Assembly (NCBI RefSeq): GCF_900460955.1
Contig: NZ_UFUW01000001.1
Location: 1,144,738 to 1,176,737 of the forward strand
Direction: 5' to 3'
Length of the DNA stretch: 32,000 bases
Source: Cardiobacterium valvarum
Lineage (GTDB): Bacteria; Pseudomonadota; Gammaproteobacteria; Cardiobacteriales; Cardiobacteriaceae
Shown here one piece after another: positions 9,149-17,734 of this stretch; the first letter of the stretch is position 1; each line of letters starts with the position of its first letter. The notes under the pieces are model-generated. The model saw only the letters and a program-made list of their open reading frames with translations. It ran no database searches and had not been told where the DNA came from. The position numbers and the translations under genes are program-made.

Positions 9149-10459
9149 TTATCCGAAGTGTTCGACACGGATGCGTTTGACGGCACCCGATACGGCGGGC
9201 AGGGCGGCAAGTTGCGCGCAGGCAGCGTCCATCTGTGCTTCGCGGACTTTTTCGGTGAGCAGCACCAGCGGGATGTAGCTGTTGTGTTTGTGGCGGTTTT
9301 TCTGGCTGACGGAGTTGATGGATATGCCGTTATCCGCGAGGATGCGGGTGATGTCGGCGAGGACACCGGCGCGGTCGGCTACTGTCAGGCGCAGGTAGTA
9401 GGCGCTGTTGAAGTCTTCAGGCGGCAGCACGGGCAGGGTGTTGCGGTCCAGCACCTGGCTGTAGCCGAATTCGGCGAGGCGGTCTTCGCTTTTGAGGTTG
9501 AGTTCGCGCACGACGTCGATGAGGTCGGCGACAACCGCCGAGGCAGTCGGCAGTTTGCCCGCACCAGGGCCGTAGTAGAGGCTGTTGCCGATGGCGTTGC
9601 CCTGGATTTGCACGGCGTTCATTACGCCGTTTACGCTCGCAATCAATGCGTCTTGAGGGACAAGGGTCGGGTGAACACGGATTTCCACGCCGTTATCGCG
9701 CCGCACCGCCAGACCGAGGTGCTTGATGGTGTAACCGAGTTCGGCGGCGTCCTGGATGTCGTCCGGGGTGAGGGCGTCAATGCCTTCAATGTAGACGCTG
9801 TCGAATTGCAAAGGAATGCCAAAAGCCAGCGAGGCGAGGATGGTGATTTTGTGCGCGGCATCGGTGCCGTTGATGTCAAAGGACGGGTCGGCTTCGGCGT
9901 AGCCCAGCGCTTGCGCTTCTTTAAGCACGTCGGCGAAGCCGCGGCCTTTTTGTGTCATTTCGCTGAGGATGTAGTTGCTGGTGCCGTTGATGATGCCGGC
10001 GACGCGTTTGACTTCGTTGCCGCTCATGCTTTCGCGCAGCACTTTGATGACCGGGATGCCGCCTGCGACCGCCGCTTCAAAGGTAAGCTCCAGTCCTTTT
10101 TCGCGGGCTAAAGTGAAGAGGGTGTCGCCGTGGCGGGCGATGAGGGCTTTGTTGGCAGTGATGACGTGTTTGCCGTGTTCGAGGGCGGTTTTGATGATTT
10201 CAAAGGCGGGGTGTTCGCCACCAGCCAATTCGATGACGATGCCGATATCCGGGTCGCTGGCGATGGCAAAGGGGTCAGTGTCGCAGGCGAAGGGCAGGGC
10301 GCTGGTGTCAATGCCTTGCCAGCTGCGTTTCGCGACACGTTTGACTTGTAACTGGTAGCCGCTGCGCCGCTCGATTTCGCGGGCGTTGCGGGCGAGGACT
10401 TCGACCACGCCTTGTCCGACGGTGCCGTATCCGATGATGCCGATGGCCACGGTCTTCAC
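9149..10459 (-). CDS. hom: Homoserine dehydrogenase (with C-terminal ACT domain)
   Basis: 436-aa ORF with an NAD-binding N-terminus (IGIIGYGTVGQGV), catalytic-region motifs (GIINGTSNYILS, EADPSFDINGTDAAHK), and an ACT-like tail (YYLRLTVADRAGVLADITRILADNGISI). Confidence 0.95.
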   Translation of the reverse strand: MKTVAIGIIGYGTVGQGVVEVLARNAREIERRSGYQLQVKRVAKRSWQGIDTSALPFACDTDPFAIASDPDIGIVIELAGGEHPAFEIIKTALEHGKHVITANKALIARHGDTLFTLAREKGLELTFEAAVAGGIPVIKVLRESMSGNEVKRVAGIINGTSNYILSEMTQKGRGFADVLKEAQALGYAEADPSFDINGTDAAHKITILASLAFGIPLQFDSVYIEGIDALTPDDIQDAAELGYTIKHLGLAVRRDNGVEIRVHPTLVPQDALIASVNGVMNAVQIQGNAIGNSLYYGPGAGKLPTASAVVADLIDVVRELNLKSEDRLAEFGYSQVLDRNTLPVLPPEDFNSAYYLRLTVADRAGVLADITRILADNGISINSVSQKNRHKHNSYIPLVLLTEKVREAQMDAACAQLAALPAVSGAVKRIRVEHFG

Positions 10460-10641
10460 GTTTTTCTGCCTTGTTTCAATGAGGTAAGGCGGGGCAGTAT
10501 AAGGCGGGCTTGTGGGCTGTCAATATAGCCTCAGGCAGCGGTAACACAGGCTGTTTTTGTAGGCATGGTTGTGGATATTTGAGCATTCTGTGCTGGATTG
10601 CCTTGCCGCATATCGCGGTCATCATCCAAGAGGTACTCAGT

Positions 10642-11985
10642 ATGTCCCCTTCTTTCCTTGAATCCGCCATTTCTTGGTTGAACGGCATTATCTGAAATCC
10701 CGCTTTCATCTGGCTGATTCTGGCCGCTGGGTTGTTTTATTCCATCATGACCCGTTTCGTACAGGTGCGGCATCTCGGTGAGATGTGTCGTTTGCTGCTG
10801 AAATCCGGCGGGCAGTCCGAGCATGGTATTTCTTCGTTTCAGGCGGTGACGGTGTCGCTCTCCGGCCGTGTCGTGCCGCCGTCGCTATTGGTTTTGGTGG
10901 GCCGGGCGTCGTGTTTTGGATGTGGCTTGGTACTTTCTTCTGCGCGGTCACCGCTTATGTTGGATCCAACTGGCGCAGATTTATAAGTCGCGTGATCCGG
11001 AAACCGGGCAGCATCTTGGTGGTCCCGCCTATTATTTCGAGTGTTGCCTTGGCTGGAAGTGGTACGGCATCGTGTTCGTCATCTCCGCCGTTGTAGCATT
11101 TTCCTGCTCGACCCGCAGGCCAACGGCATGGCCAACGCCGTGGTGCAGGTCATCGGTGAAGGCACTGCTGCCAATAGTGGCATTGCCGGTGAAATCAGCA
11201 TTTATCGCCTGACGGCCACCGCATTCACCCTGCTTTTGTCCGACTTTATCATCTTCGGCGGCATCAAGCGCATCGCCCACTTCGCTGAAGTAGTAGTGCC
11301 GTTCATGGCTATTGCCTACATTGGTCTCGCCCTGATTATCGGCGATGCATTCAGTCCGCAGGTGGGCTTTGGTGCTGCCATCGGCCGGGGCGTGAAGCGT
11401 GGTATTTATTCTAACGAAGCCGGACAGGGCTCCGGCGCGCATCCCGCTGCTGCCGCTGACGTTGAGCACCCCGTGCAGCAGGGGCTGATTCAGGCGTTTT
11501 CCGTTTATATCACCATGCTTCTGGTTTGCTCCGTGATCGCACTGGTCATCCTCATGACCAAGCAATACAACATTGTCGCCGACCAAGCCTTTGCTGGCGC
11601 TGGCACGCAATATATCGCTTCCTATCTACATGATGCGGCAGACGCAGTCATTCATGCCGATCCAAACTTGCCCGCCTTCACGCAAATCGGCATGGAAAGC
11701 GTCTTTGGCAAAATTGGACCGGTGCTGGTTGCCATCGCCATTTTCTTCATTGGCGTGGGCATGACCACCTGGCTGAACATCATCGGCATGCTCATTATCT
11801 TCCTTACTGTTGGCCGCCCGACCATTGTTGCCCTGCGCGACTACGAGCGGCAACAGAAAGCAAATCTGCCCGTCTATACCTTCGACCCGCAGGCGCTTGG
11901 CATCAAGGGGGCAACCTTCTGGGAAGAAAAACTGCAACGACAGCAAGAAGACAAAGCAGTGCAACCGCCGCCGGGCGACCTATAA
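10642..11985 (+). pseudogene. Alanine/glycine:cation symporter (AGCS family), multiply disrupted
   Basis: AGCS motifs are spread over three frames. MSPSFLESAISWLNGII is followed by TGA (10693-10695), then NPAFIWLILAAGLFYS...GISSFQAVTVSLSGRV in the same frame. The frame then shifts to AAVAIGFGGPGVVFWMW, shifts again to LAQIYKSRDPETGQHLGGPAYYFE, and shifts again to QANGMANA...GGIKRIAHFAEVVVPFMAIAYI...SNEAGQGSGAHPAAAADVEHPVQQG. Several inter-motif spacings look shorter than in intact family members. Confidence 0.85.
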
Positions 11986-12020
11986 TGCGCGTCATCATGA
12001 CCGCGTAATCAGAGAACCCC

Positions 12021-12560
12021 ATGCAAGACAAGGAAATCGACAACCCGTTTGTTCCCGCCTGGCAACTGCTCCAGCAGGAAATCAATCCCGCCGTGGTAGC
12101 GCAAGCCGCTGCTACGGCGGAAGAATACAGGGAAGCCGTCTACACCCAAGCTGAATACGACAAGCTCTATCGTCAGTACCTGGAACAGAAAGCACGCGCT
12201 GACGCGTTGCAGGATAGCTTCTTTGCAAGCGCCGATGTCATGTATGAAATGCTGGCCTATCTCAACGCTGCCCGTCTTTTTGATGGTAAAGAACCCGTGA
12301 TGGCCAGCGACATCAACGCCATCGTCGAAGACAATCCTATCCTGAACGAACTGTGCAACGACCTGCGCCAGGCGAGTATCCAGTCCGGCATCGGCATTGT
12401 CAGCGAATTGGCCGCCTCGCAAGAAAACCTGCGACAGAAAGTCATGCAGGCGTGGAAAATCCGGATGCGCAACAGCAGCGAGCGCAAGCGCATCAAAAAC
12501 CAGCTCTTTCACCGCCCAAAAGAAGGCAAGCGTGGCAACGACGAGGCATTATTCGAGTGA
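12021..12560 (+). CDS. Hypothetical protein (179 aa, acidic and helical-looking, basic tail)
   Basis: This is the longest ORF in the interval, and its codon usage resembles that of neighbouring genes. A terminator follows it. I recognise no family. The antisense ORF 12009..12512 is judged a shadow. Confidence 0.5.
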   Translation: MQDKEIDNPFVPAWQLLQQEINPAVVAQAAATAEEYREAVYTQAEYDKLYRQYLEQKARADALQDSFFASADVMYEMLAYLNAARLFDGKEPVMASDINAIVEDNPILNELCNDLRQASIQSGIGIVSELAASQENLRQKVMQAWKIRMRNSSERKRIKNQLFHRPKEGKRGNDEALFE

Positions 12561-12611
12561 GAAAAAACAGCAGGCAGAAAAGAACGTAATCCAGTAAAAT
12601 ACGTCCCATAG

Positions 12612-12640
12612 AAAGCCTTGCAGCCGCAAGGCTTTTTCTT
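12612..12640 (+). terminator. Rho-independent terminator
   Basis: AAGCCTTGC-agcc-GCAAGGCTTTTTCTT, located after the 12021..12560 ORF. Confidence 0.55.
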
Positions 12641-12735
12641 ATATCCATCCCCGCCGTTTCTTTTGTATCTCGCCGCATGCATCCGCTGCGGTGAGGCGTC
12701 AGAACATCCGGCATTTACGATTAACAGAGGAAGAC

Positions 12736-13218
12736 ATGGTAGCCAAGATCCCCATGACCAAAAAAGGCGAGCAGGCATTGCGCGCCGAACTCGAAAAACT
12801 GAAAAGTGAAGACCGCCCACGCGTCATTGAAGCGATTGCCGAGGCGCGTGAGCACGGTGATTTGAAAGAAAACGCCGAATATCACGCTGCCCGCGAACAG
12901 CAGGGGTTCATCGAAGGGCGCATCCGCGAACTTGAACACAAACTAAGCCATGCGAACGTTATTGACGTGACCACCCTGCCGCAGAATGGCAAAGTCGTCT
13001 TCGGCACTACCGTTGAACTCGAAGACGCCGACAGCGGCGAAGAAATGACCTACAAAATTGTTGGCGAAGATGAAGCAGATATCAAAAACGGCCTGCTCTC
13101 CAACACCTCACCCATCGCCCGCGCCCTGCTTGGCAAAGAAGAAGGTGAGACTGTGGAAGTTATTATTCCTGGCGGGCACAAGATGCTGGAAATCGTCAGC
13201 GTACGTTACGAAGCCTAG
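12736..13218 (+). CDS. greA: Transcription elongation factor GreA
   Basis: [63 protein letters not shown]... is a canonical GreA sequence. The ATG at 12736 is preceded by GAGGAAGA. The ORF track's 12691 start is probably an upstream extension. Confidence 0.95.
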   Translation: MVAKIPMTKKGEQALRAELEKLKSEDRPRVIEAIAEAREHGDLKENAEYHAAREQQGFIEGRIRELEHKLSHANVIDVTTLPQNGKVVFGTTVELEDADSGEEMTYKIVGEDEADIKNGLLSNTSPIARALLGKEEGETVEVIIPGGHKMLEIVSVRYEA

Positions 13219-13264
13219 CAGTCACGACATTCATATAACTCCGCTTGGGACGTAAAAACAAAAA

Positions 13265-13294
13265 GCAGTCTGACGAAAATCAGACTGTTTTTTT
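13265..13294 (+). terminator. greA rho-independent terminator
   Basis: GCAGTCTGA-cgaaaa-TCAGACTG followed by a T7 run. Confidence 0.7.
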
Positions 13295-13302
13295 ATCTAT
13301 AG

Positions 13303-14384
13303 CTTCGTACACGACAAAAAAACCTTCATCCCACATCCTCCTTGACCGCCAGTAAATCCATCACCTCACCGCCTAATACCTCCAACAGCCTCATCCCCCT
13401 GAATAACACAGAAACCAGCCGGTCCAACCCCGCCCGGAATAAACTTTGTGCAGACCTGCCATGCGTCTTCACCTTGATCGGTCGCCGTTTATCTTATGCT
13501 TCCTCCGCGCGGCAGGACAGCACAAAGCCTATCGCCAGCACTGACATCAACCTGTCTATCTTTGCCGGGGCGGTCATATGTGTGTCTTCCAGGTTGAACC
13601 CTTTGCTTTTCAGGCTGCCAAACAGCGTCTCTATCTGCCAACGCTCGCCGTATGCTTCAATCCCCTTGCCCTCTTCGTCACTGCAAACCACCGGCAGTTG
13701 CCCGTCGGTCAGACGGGTCGCCTCAAGATAGTGCTGTTGCCCATACATCATCACCGGCCCCAATCTTTTCCCTTCACCTTCCCGCTATCTGCGCGTTTTC
13801 CTTGCAGCGGGTGCAGTAAGAAATCCCTGCTTGACGCAGATACGCCAGCCATTCATTGCCAAAGAACTTCCGGTCAGCATAGAGGGTTTCGATATGGACT
13901 TCGGGAAAGGTCTCACGGAAAAGTTCCAGCAAAAGCATTCGTTCGCCTGTGTTGGAACCGGGATAGCGACACCATGCCAGACTACAGCCAGCACCAGGAT
14001 GTTGATACAGGATTTGCCGTATTCCCATGTTGTGCGCTCGAGGGTGAGGCGGAGGTTTTGCCAGCCGAAAACCGGGAAGACGAAGCAGGCTACATCGGTT
14101 CTGCCGATAAGGTCCCCGGCAAAGAAACGCTGCATACGGCGATAGATGGACTCCGGCCTGGCCTTTGAGGAAAAGGCGTTTTTGAGCGCGGACAGATTGA
14201 CGGTTTGGCGGACAAACAGTGCGGTGATGATGCTGGCGAGGCAGTCAATTCTTGCTTTGTGCCAGGAAAGGTGTTGCTTTAAGATGTCGGAAAACCCGCT
14301 GGAATTTGGCATGGTGTGCGTCGTCGCAAAACTTACACTTTGCTATGTTTTTCAGCGGGTTTTATTTTTTTGTCGTGTACGAAG
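13303..14384 (-). mobile_element. IS4-family (DDE_Tnp_1-type) insertion sequence, 1,082 bp, decayed transposase but intact ends
   Basis: Exact 20-bp terminal inverted repeats: CTTCGTACACGACAAAAAAA at 13303-13322 and its reverse complement at 14365-14384. They bracket a single transposase reading region. The 9 bp flanking each end (TATCTATAG and GAGGAAGCG) do not match, so no target-site duplication is visible. Confidence 0.85.
13326..14312 (-). pseudogene. IS4-family DDE transposase, disrupted (two frame changes plus an in-frame TAA)
   Basis: There are three pieces: 14312..13785 (MPNSSGFSDILKQHLSWHKARIDCLAS...LERTTWEYGKSCINILVLAVVWHGVAIP), 14028..13774 in another frame (GSNTGERMLLLELF...LYADRKFFGNEWLAYL), and 13763..13494 back in the first frame (YGERWQIETLFGSLKSKGFNLEDTHM). 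A TAA occurs at 13496-13494. The same frame then continues (DKRRPIKVKTHGRSAQSLFRAGLDRL...) to a TGA at 13328-13326. Confidence 0.8.
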
Positions 14385-14394
14385 GAGGAAGCGT

Positions 14395-14723
14395 TAAAAA
14401 AATCAGGTGGCCGCAGCACGTCGAAAGCAGGGACGCCATGAAGAAACCACCTTCCTGATTATTGATGTGCAGAGTGTGATGAACACGGATACCGCTATGG
14501 AAAAAGGCTACGATGCGGGTAAGAAAGTGAGCGGTATCAAGCGGCATATAATTGATAGGTGCGGAGGTAGAGATTGCGAAACGAGTTGCACCGTTTTGAG
14601 GTATTGCCGAAGCGATGGGTAGTAGAGCGCAGTTTTTCCTGGCTGGAAAAGAACAGACGGCTTTGGAGAAACTGCGAGCGTAAGTTGAGCACCAGTCTGT
14701 AAATGGTGGTTTTGGCTTTCTAG
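14395..14723 (+). pseudogene. IS5-family transposase remnant (5'-truncated, internally deleted, in-frame stop)
   Basis: TFLIIDVQSVMNTDTAMEKGYDAGKKVSGIKRHII matches the conserved IS5-family DDE core. After an apparent deletion and frame change, the sequence reads [42 protein letters not shown], which is the C-terminal motif of the family interrupted by a TAA. No N-terminal part is present. Confidence 0.7.
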
Positions 14724-14784
14724 GGAGTCCTGCTATGAAGGCTATGAACATCTTTCTTAAAAAGATGGCAGCCCCAAGCGGGTG

Positions 14785-14813
14785 TTGTGCTGAAATAAAA
14801 AAGTGCGTACTAT
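14785..14813 (+). promoter_or_regulatory. Candidate sigma70 promoter for tRNA-Ser
   Basis: TTGTGC (14785-14790), a 17-nt spacer, then TACTAT (14808-14813), ending 15 nt before the tRNA 5' end. This is a pattern match only. Confidence 0.35.
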
Positions 14814-14828
14814 ACACTCCCTTACAAC

Positions 14829-14918
14829 GGAGAGATGGCAGAGTGGTTTAATGCACCGGTCTTGAAAACCGGCGAGGGTTCACGCCCTCCCAGGGTTCGA
14901 ATCCCTGTCTCTCCGCCA
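14829..14918 (+). tRNA. tRNA-Ser (anticodon UGA), class II with long variable arm, CCA encoded
   Basis: Manual fold. Acceptor stem GGAGAGA/TCTCTCC. Anticodon stem CCGGT/ACCGG with loop CT-TGA-AA. Long variable arm CGAGGGTTCACGCCCTCC. T arm CAGGG-TTCGAAT-CCCTG. Terminal CCA present. Confidence 0.95.
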
Positions 14919-14925
14919 ATTCAGC

Positions 14926-14953
14926 AAAAACGCCATGTTTCATGGCGTTTTTT
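14926..14953 (+). terminator. Rho-independent terminator immediately after tRNA-Ser
   Basis: AAACGCCATG-ttt-CATGGCGTTTTTT. Confidence 0.65.
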
Positions 14954-15017
14954 CGTCTGCATCCGTTTGGTATTTCGTAAAGAGTCCTCGATAAACAGAC
15001 TGTAACAAGAAGTTCCT

Positions 15018-15032
15018 GTTTATTTGTGTTTG
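15018..15032 (+). repeat. Left copy of the 15-bp direct repeat GTTTATTTGTGTTTG (candidate att core)
   Basis: This is an exact 15-mer. The second copy is at 19445-19459. It lies 29 nt upstream of the integrase ATG and about 65 nt after the tRNA terminator. Confidence 0.4.
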
Positions 15033-15061
15033 CAAGTTGCATGTCCGTTTAAGCGCAACGA

Positions 15062-16291
15062 ATGAAAAACGGGGTTCTTTTGGGATTCATTCCCGCTGGT
15101 TACAATCCCGCCGACCCTGTGCGATTGACCAAAAAGACCATCAAAAATGCCCCGGCAGGCGAGCGCCCTTACAAACTGTTTGACGGCGGCGGGCTGCATC
15201 TGTTCATTACCCCGCCTGGCGGCAAACACTGGCGTTACGATTACCGCTTTGACGGCCAGGATTGCACCCTGTCACTGGGTGTATATCCAAAAGTCAGGCT
15301 GAAACAGGCGCGGCAACTGCACCGTGACGCACAAAGCCTGCTTGCGCAAGACACCGACCCGCACCGCCACAAGCAGAAGCAGAAACAGGCAGAAAAGCAG
15401 CAAGAAAACTTTGAGAAAGTCGCGCGTGAGTGGTACGCCCACCAGCGCCCCGCGTGGAAGAACGAGAAACACGCCTGGCAGGTCATCCACACCCTGGAGC
15501 AGTACGTTTTCCCACATATCGGCAGTAAAGCCGTCAGCGAGATCCAGCCGCCTGCCATCGTCAGCATCCTGAACCGGCTGGCCGATAAACCCGAAACCAG
15601 AACCCGCGTCAAACAGCGCATCAGTGCTGTTTTCGCCTTCGCCATCCAAACCGGCAGGGCGACGCTCAATCCCGCCTTATCCGCCCCAAAAACGGTACGC
15701 AGCGCGCAAAACCGGGTTCGACACCAGCCATCTTTGCCGACGGCAGAAATCCCTGCCTTCTTTCAATGCCTCGAGCGCTATCCTAACCGTAAAACGGCGT
15801 TGGCATTGCGCCTCTTGATCTTGACCCTGACCCGTAGCGGCGAAGTCAGGCTGGGACAATGGGCGGAACTGCACGGCGATCAATGGCATATTCCCGCCGA
15901 GCGCATGAAGATGGGCATTGCCCATGTAGTGCCACTGTCAGATTGGGCACTGGCAACACTGGACGAACTGCGTGCCCTGAACCGCTACAACAGCCCCTAT
16001 TTCATCACTGGCAACCGCAACCAGTCCCTTAGCGACACAACCCTGTCGCTGGCGATGAAGCGCATGGGCTATGGCGGACGCGCCGTGCCGCACGGTTTTC
16101 GCGCGATGGGTTCGAGCATCCTCAACGAAAGCGGGCAATGGAATCCCGATGCCATCGAGCGACAGCTGGCGCACCGTGAGGGCAATCAGGTCAGGGCAGC
16201 CTATAACCGCGCCGAATATCTGGAAGAACGGCAACGCATGATGCAATGGTATGCCGATTATTTACGCGCGCAGATTAGCAGCGGGGGATAG
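15062..16291 (+). CDS. int: Tyrosine recombinase, P4-type integrase (DUF4102 N-terminal arm-binding domain plus phage-integrase catalytic domain)
   Basis: LTKKTIKNAPAGERPYKLFDGGGLHLFITPPGGKHWRYDYRFDGQDCTLSLGVYPKVRLKQAR is the typical P4-integrase N-terminus. The catalytic region carries TRSGEVR, HVVPLS, HGFRAMGSS and ...QLAH....VRAAYNRAEY. The gene lies next to a tRNA. An in-frame GTG at 15119 is an alternative start. Confidence 0.9.
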   Translation: MKNGVLLGFIPAGYNPADPVRLTKKTIKNAPAGERPYKLFDGGGLHLFITPPGGKHWRYDYRFDGQDCTLSLGVYPKVRLKQARQLHRDAQSLLAQDTDPHRHKQKQKQAEKQQENFEKVAREWYAHQRPAWKNEKHAWQVIHTLEQYVFPHIGSKAVSEIQPPAIVSILNRLADKPETRTRVKQRISAVFAFAIQTGRATLNPALSAPKTVRSAQNRVRHQPSLPTAEIPAFFQCLERYPNRKTALALRLLILTLTRSGEVRLGQWAELHGDQWHIPAERMKMGIAHVVPLSDWALATLDELRALNRYNSPYFITGNRNQSLSDTTLSLAMKRMGYGGRAVPHGFRAMGSSILNESGQWNPDAIERQLAHREGNQVRAAYNRAEYLEERQRMMQWYADYLRAQISSGG

Positions 16292-16688
16292 AGCGATTAT
16301 TGATAATAACTGCCCAATTTGTCATTCCGTTGATCCTGGTACAGATAATGGCGACCTATATCATGACTTTTCATCAGCAGCCTACCGCTTGCCATGTAGG
16401 GGCTAGTCGAAACCATAGGCGCATTGCCTTTAGCCATCATGCGGAATAATATGCGACTTAATCGCTTAGGAGTATAAACCTGCGGTGGGCCGGTCATTAT
16501 GCGCCGGTCGGCGATTGGCCCGAACTGTTTTCAAGAACTGTTCGGGTTTTATTTTTATCTTCTTTATTGGCATCGTATCTATCCTTTTCTTCAAATTATG
16601 AACGGATGTCATGACAATAGTTATTCCGGCATCCGGCCGCTGTATTACGGCGAGATAAATAGCATTGGCACACTATACCTATATTGCT

Positions 16689-16836
16689 CCCTTTTGTGTC
16701 AATAACCACTTAATTAACCCTGCTTTGTATCAATGTTGACCCTAATTATTGACCCAACTTTGTGTCAGTATTGACACACTTTCGTGCCAATCCCTATATC
16801 CATTCTGCTAATAACCCTTCTCTGTCATTGGTTCAA
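16689..16836 (+). promoter_or_regulatory. Cluster of CTTTGTGTCA-like and TTGACCC-like repeats in the AT-rich int-alpA spacer
   Basis: Copies are cccTTTTGTGTCAATaacc (16689-), cccTGCTTTGTATCAATgTTGACCC (16718-), attaTTGACCCaaCTTTGTGTCAGTaTTGACAC (16747-), CTTTCGTGCCAAT (16779-), and a weaker TCTCTGTCATT (16819-). Confidence 0.35.
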
Positions 16837-17068
16837 TTAAACCATTTTTGACTATTCTGAATAAATGGTAATTCTGTATTATTTGTTTCTTTCAATAGTG
16901 TTCGAAGTCTGCTTTTTCAAGCCATTACCAATTTGCCGTTTTTTGACAGGGCACGACGGCGGTTGTTTACAAATCTGACGATTTGCCCCAACCGTTCGTG
17001 CCAAAGGGGCGACGCCCCTTTGCAACCCCGCTATGATGCGATGACCTACAAACCAGCGAGAAGAAGCC

Positions 17069-17338
17069 ATGAAGGAAAGCGAAGCTGTCATGAACGAACC
17101 CCCGTCTCCCTCTTTTGCAACACAGGAAAGCGAAGCACGCCTGTTACGCATTGATGAAGTCAGCGCGATAGTGGGTTTGAAGCGCACCACGATTTGGCAT
17201 CGGTGTAATCCGGATAGTCCCTATTACGATGCGAGTTTCCCAAAACCCATCCGTATTGGCAGCCGATGGATTGCCTGGAACAGCCGCGATATTCAAACAT
17301 GGATTGCTGCTATTACCGCACAAGGCCATTCCGGTTAA
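17069..17338 (+). CDS. alpA: AlpA-family (MerR-type HTH) phage/island transcriptional regulator or excisionase-like protein
   Basis: LLRIDEVSAIVGLKRTTIWHRCNPDSPYYDASFPKPIRIGSRWIAWNSRDIQTWI matches the AlpA/Phage_AlpA helix-turn-helix pattern. The position after a P4-type integrase is typical for this family. Confidence 0.8.
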   Translation: MKESEAVMNEPPSPSFATQESEARLLRIDEVSAIVGLKRTTIWHRCNPDSPYYDASFPKPIRIGSRWIAWNSRDIQTWIAAITAQGHSG

Positions 17339-17632
17339 TTCAATTCATCAAGGATAAATGTTTTCCTATTGATTATTGCCATGGTTATCGTGATTGTGTC
17401 ATTTAATATCATTACCGTAAGAAACGGCAATCAAATTATGCAGCCCGAATTTCAACAAGCGTAATGAGTGCTATGTGCGCTCTTTTTATGCCCTATTCTT
17501 GCGCCCGTTTTTATGGCGGTATACGTGGTAACGCTATTTTCTTACTTGATCGGTAATGCGAATCCCCTGTACGTCGCCTTTTGGGTTCGCAGCAATGGCA
17601 ATGGTTATTCTGAAATCAGCAAGGAGACTGTC

Positions 17633-17734
17633 ATGTCGTGCCATTTTCCCTTGCCGCGCAGCGATATCGCCGCTAGTGTCTGCGTACCCCTCGCAAGCAA
17701 CGCTTGCTGCCAAATGACGGGCGGTGCCGCATGA
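17633..17734 (+). CDS. Possible 33-aa Cys-rich leader ORF translationally coupled to the DUF927 gene
   Basis: AAGGAG (17621-17626) lies 6 nt before the ATG at 17633. The peptide is MSCHFPLPRSDIAASVCVPLASNACCQMTGGAA. Its TGA overlaps the next gene's ATG (ATGA at 17731-17734). The ORF track shows a longer GTG-initiated version, 17468..17734. No family is recognised. Confidence 0.3.
   Translation: MSCHFPLPRSDIAASVCVPLASNACCQMTGGAA

Noticed and set aside
5189-10111. Long antisense ORFs opposite trmA (5189..6325), recJ (7595..8962) and hom (9104..10111)
   Set aside because: For the same reason: the opposite strand encodes clearly identifiable conserved enzymes, and the antisense translations are Gly/Ala/Val/Arg-rich with no motifs.
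10460-10641. Looked for a glycine riboswitch upstream of the AGCS symporter, a common arrangement
   Set aside because: The conserved GGAGAG...CACCG...GGGGCAA-type cores are not present in the 180-nt leader.
16297-16705. Two small ORFs in the AT-rich stretch after int (66 aa on the minus strand, 68 aa on the + strand)
   Set aside because: Neither has an RBS or family resemblance, and their composition is odd. The stretch also contains a hairpin plus T-run (GGCCCGAAC...GTTCGGG-TTTTATTTTT, ~16517-16556) that suggests non-coding 3' sequence. I left them unannotated.
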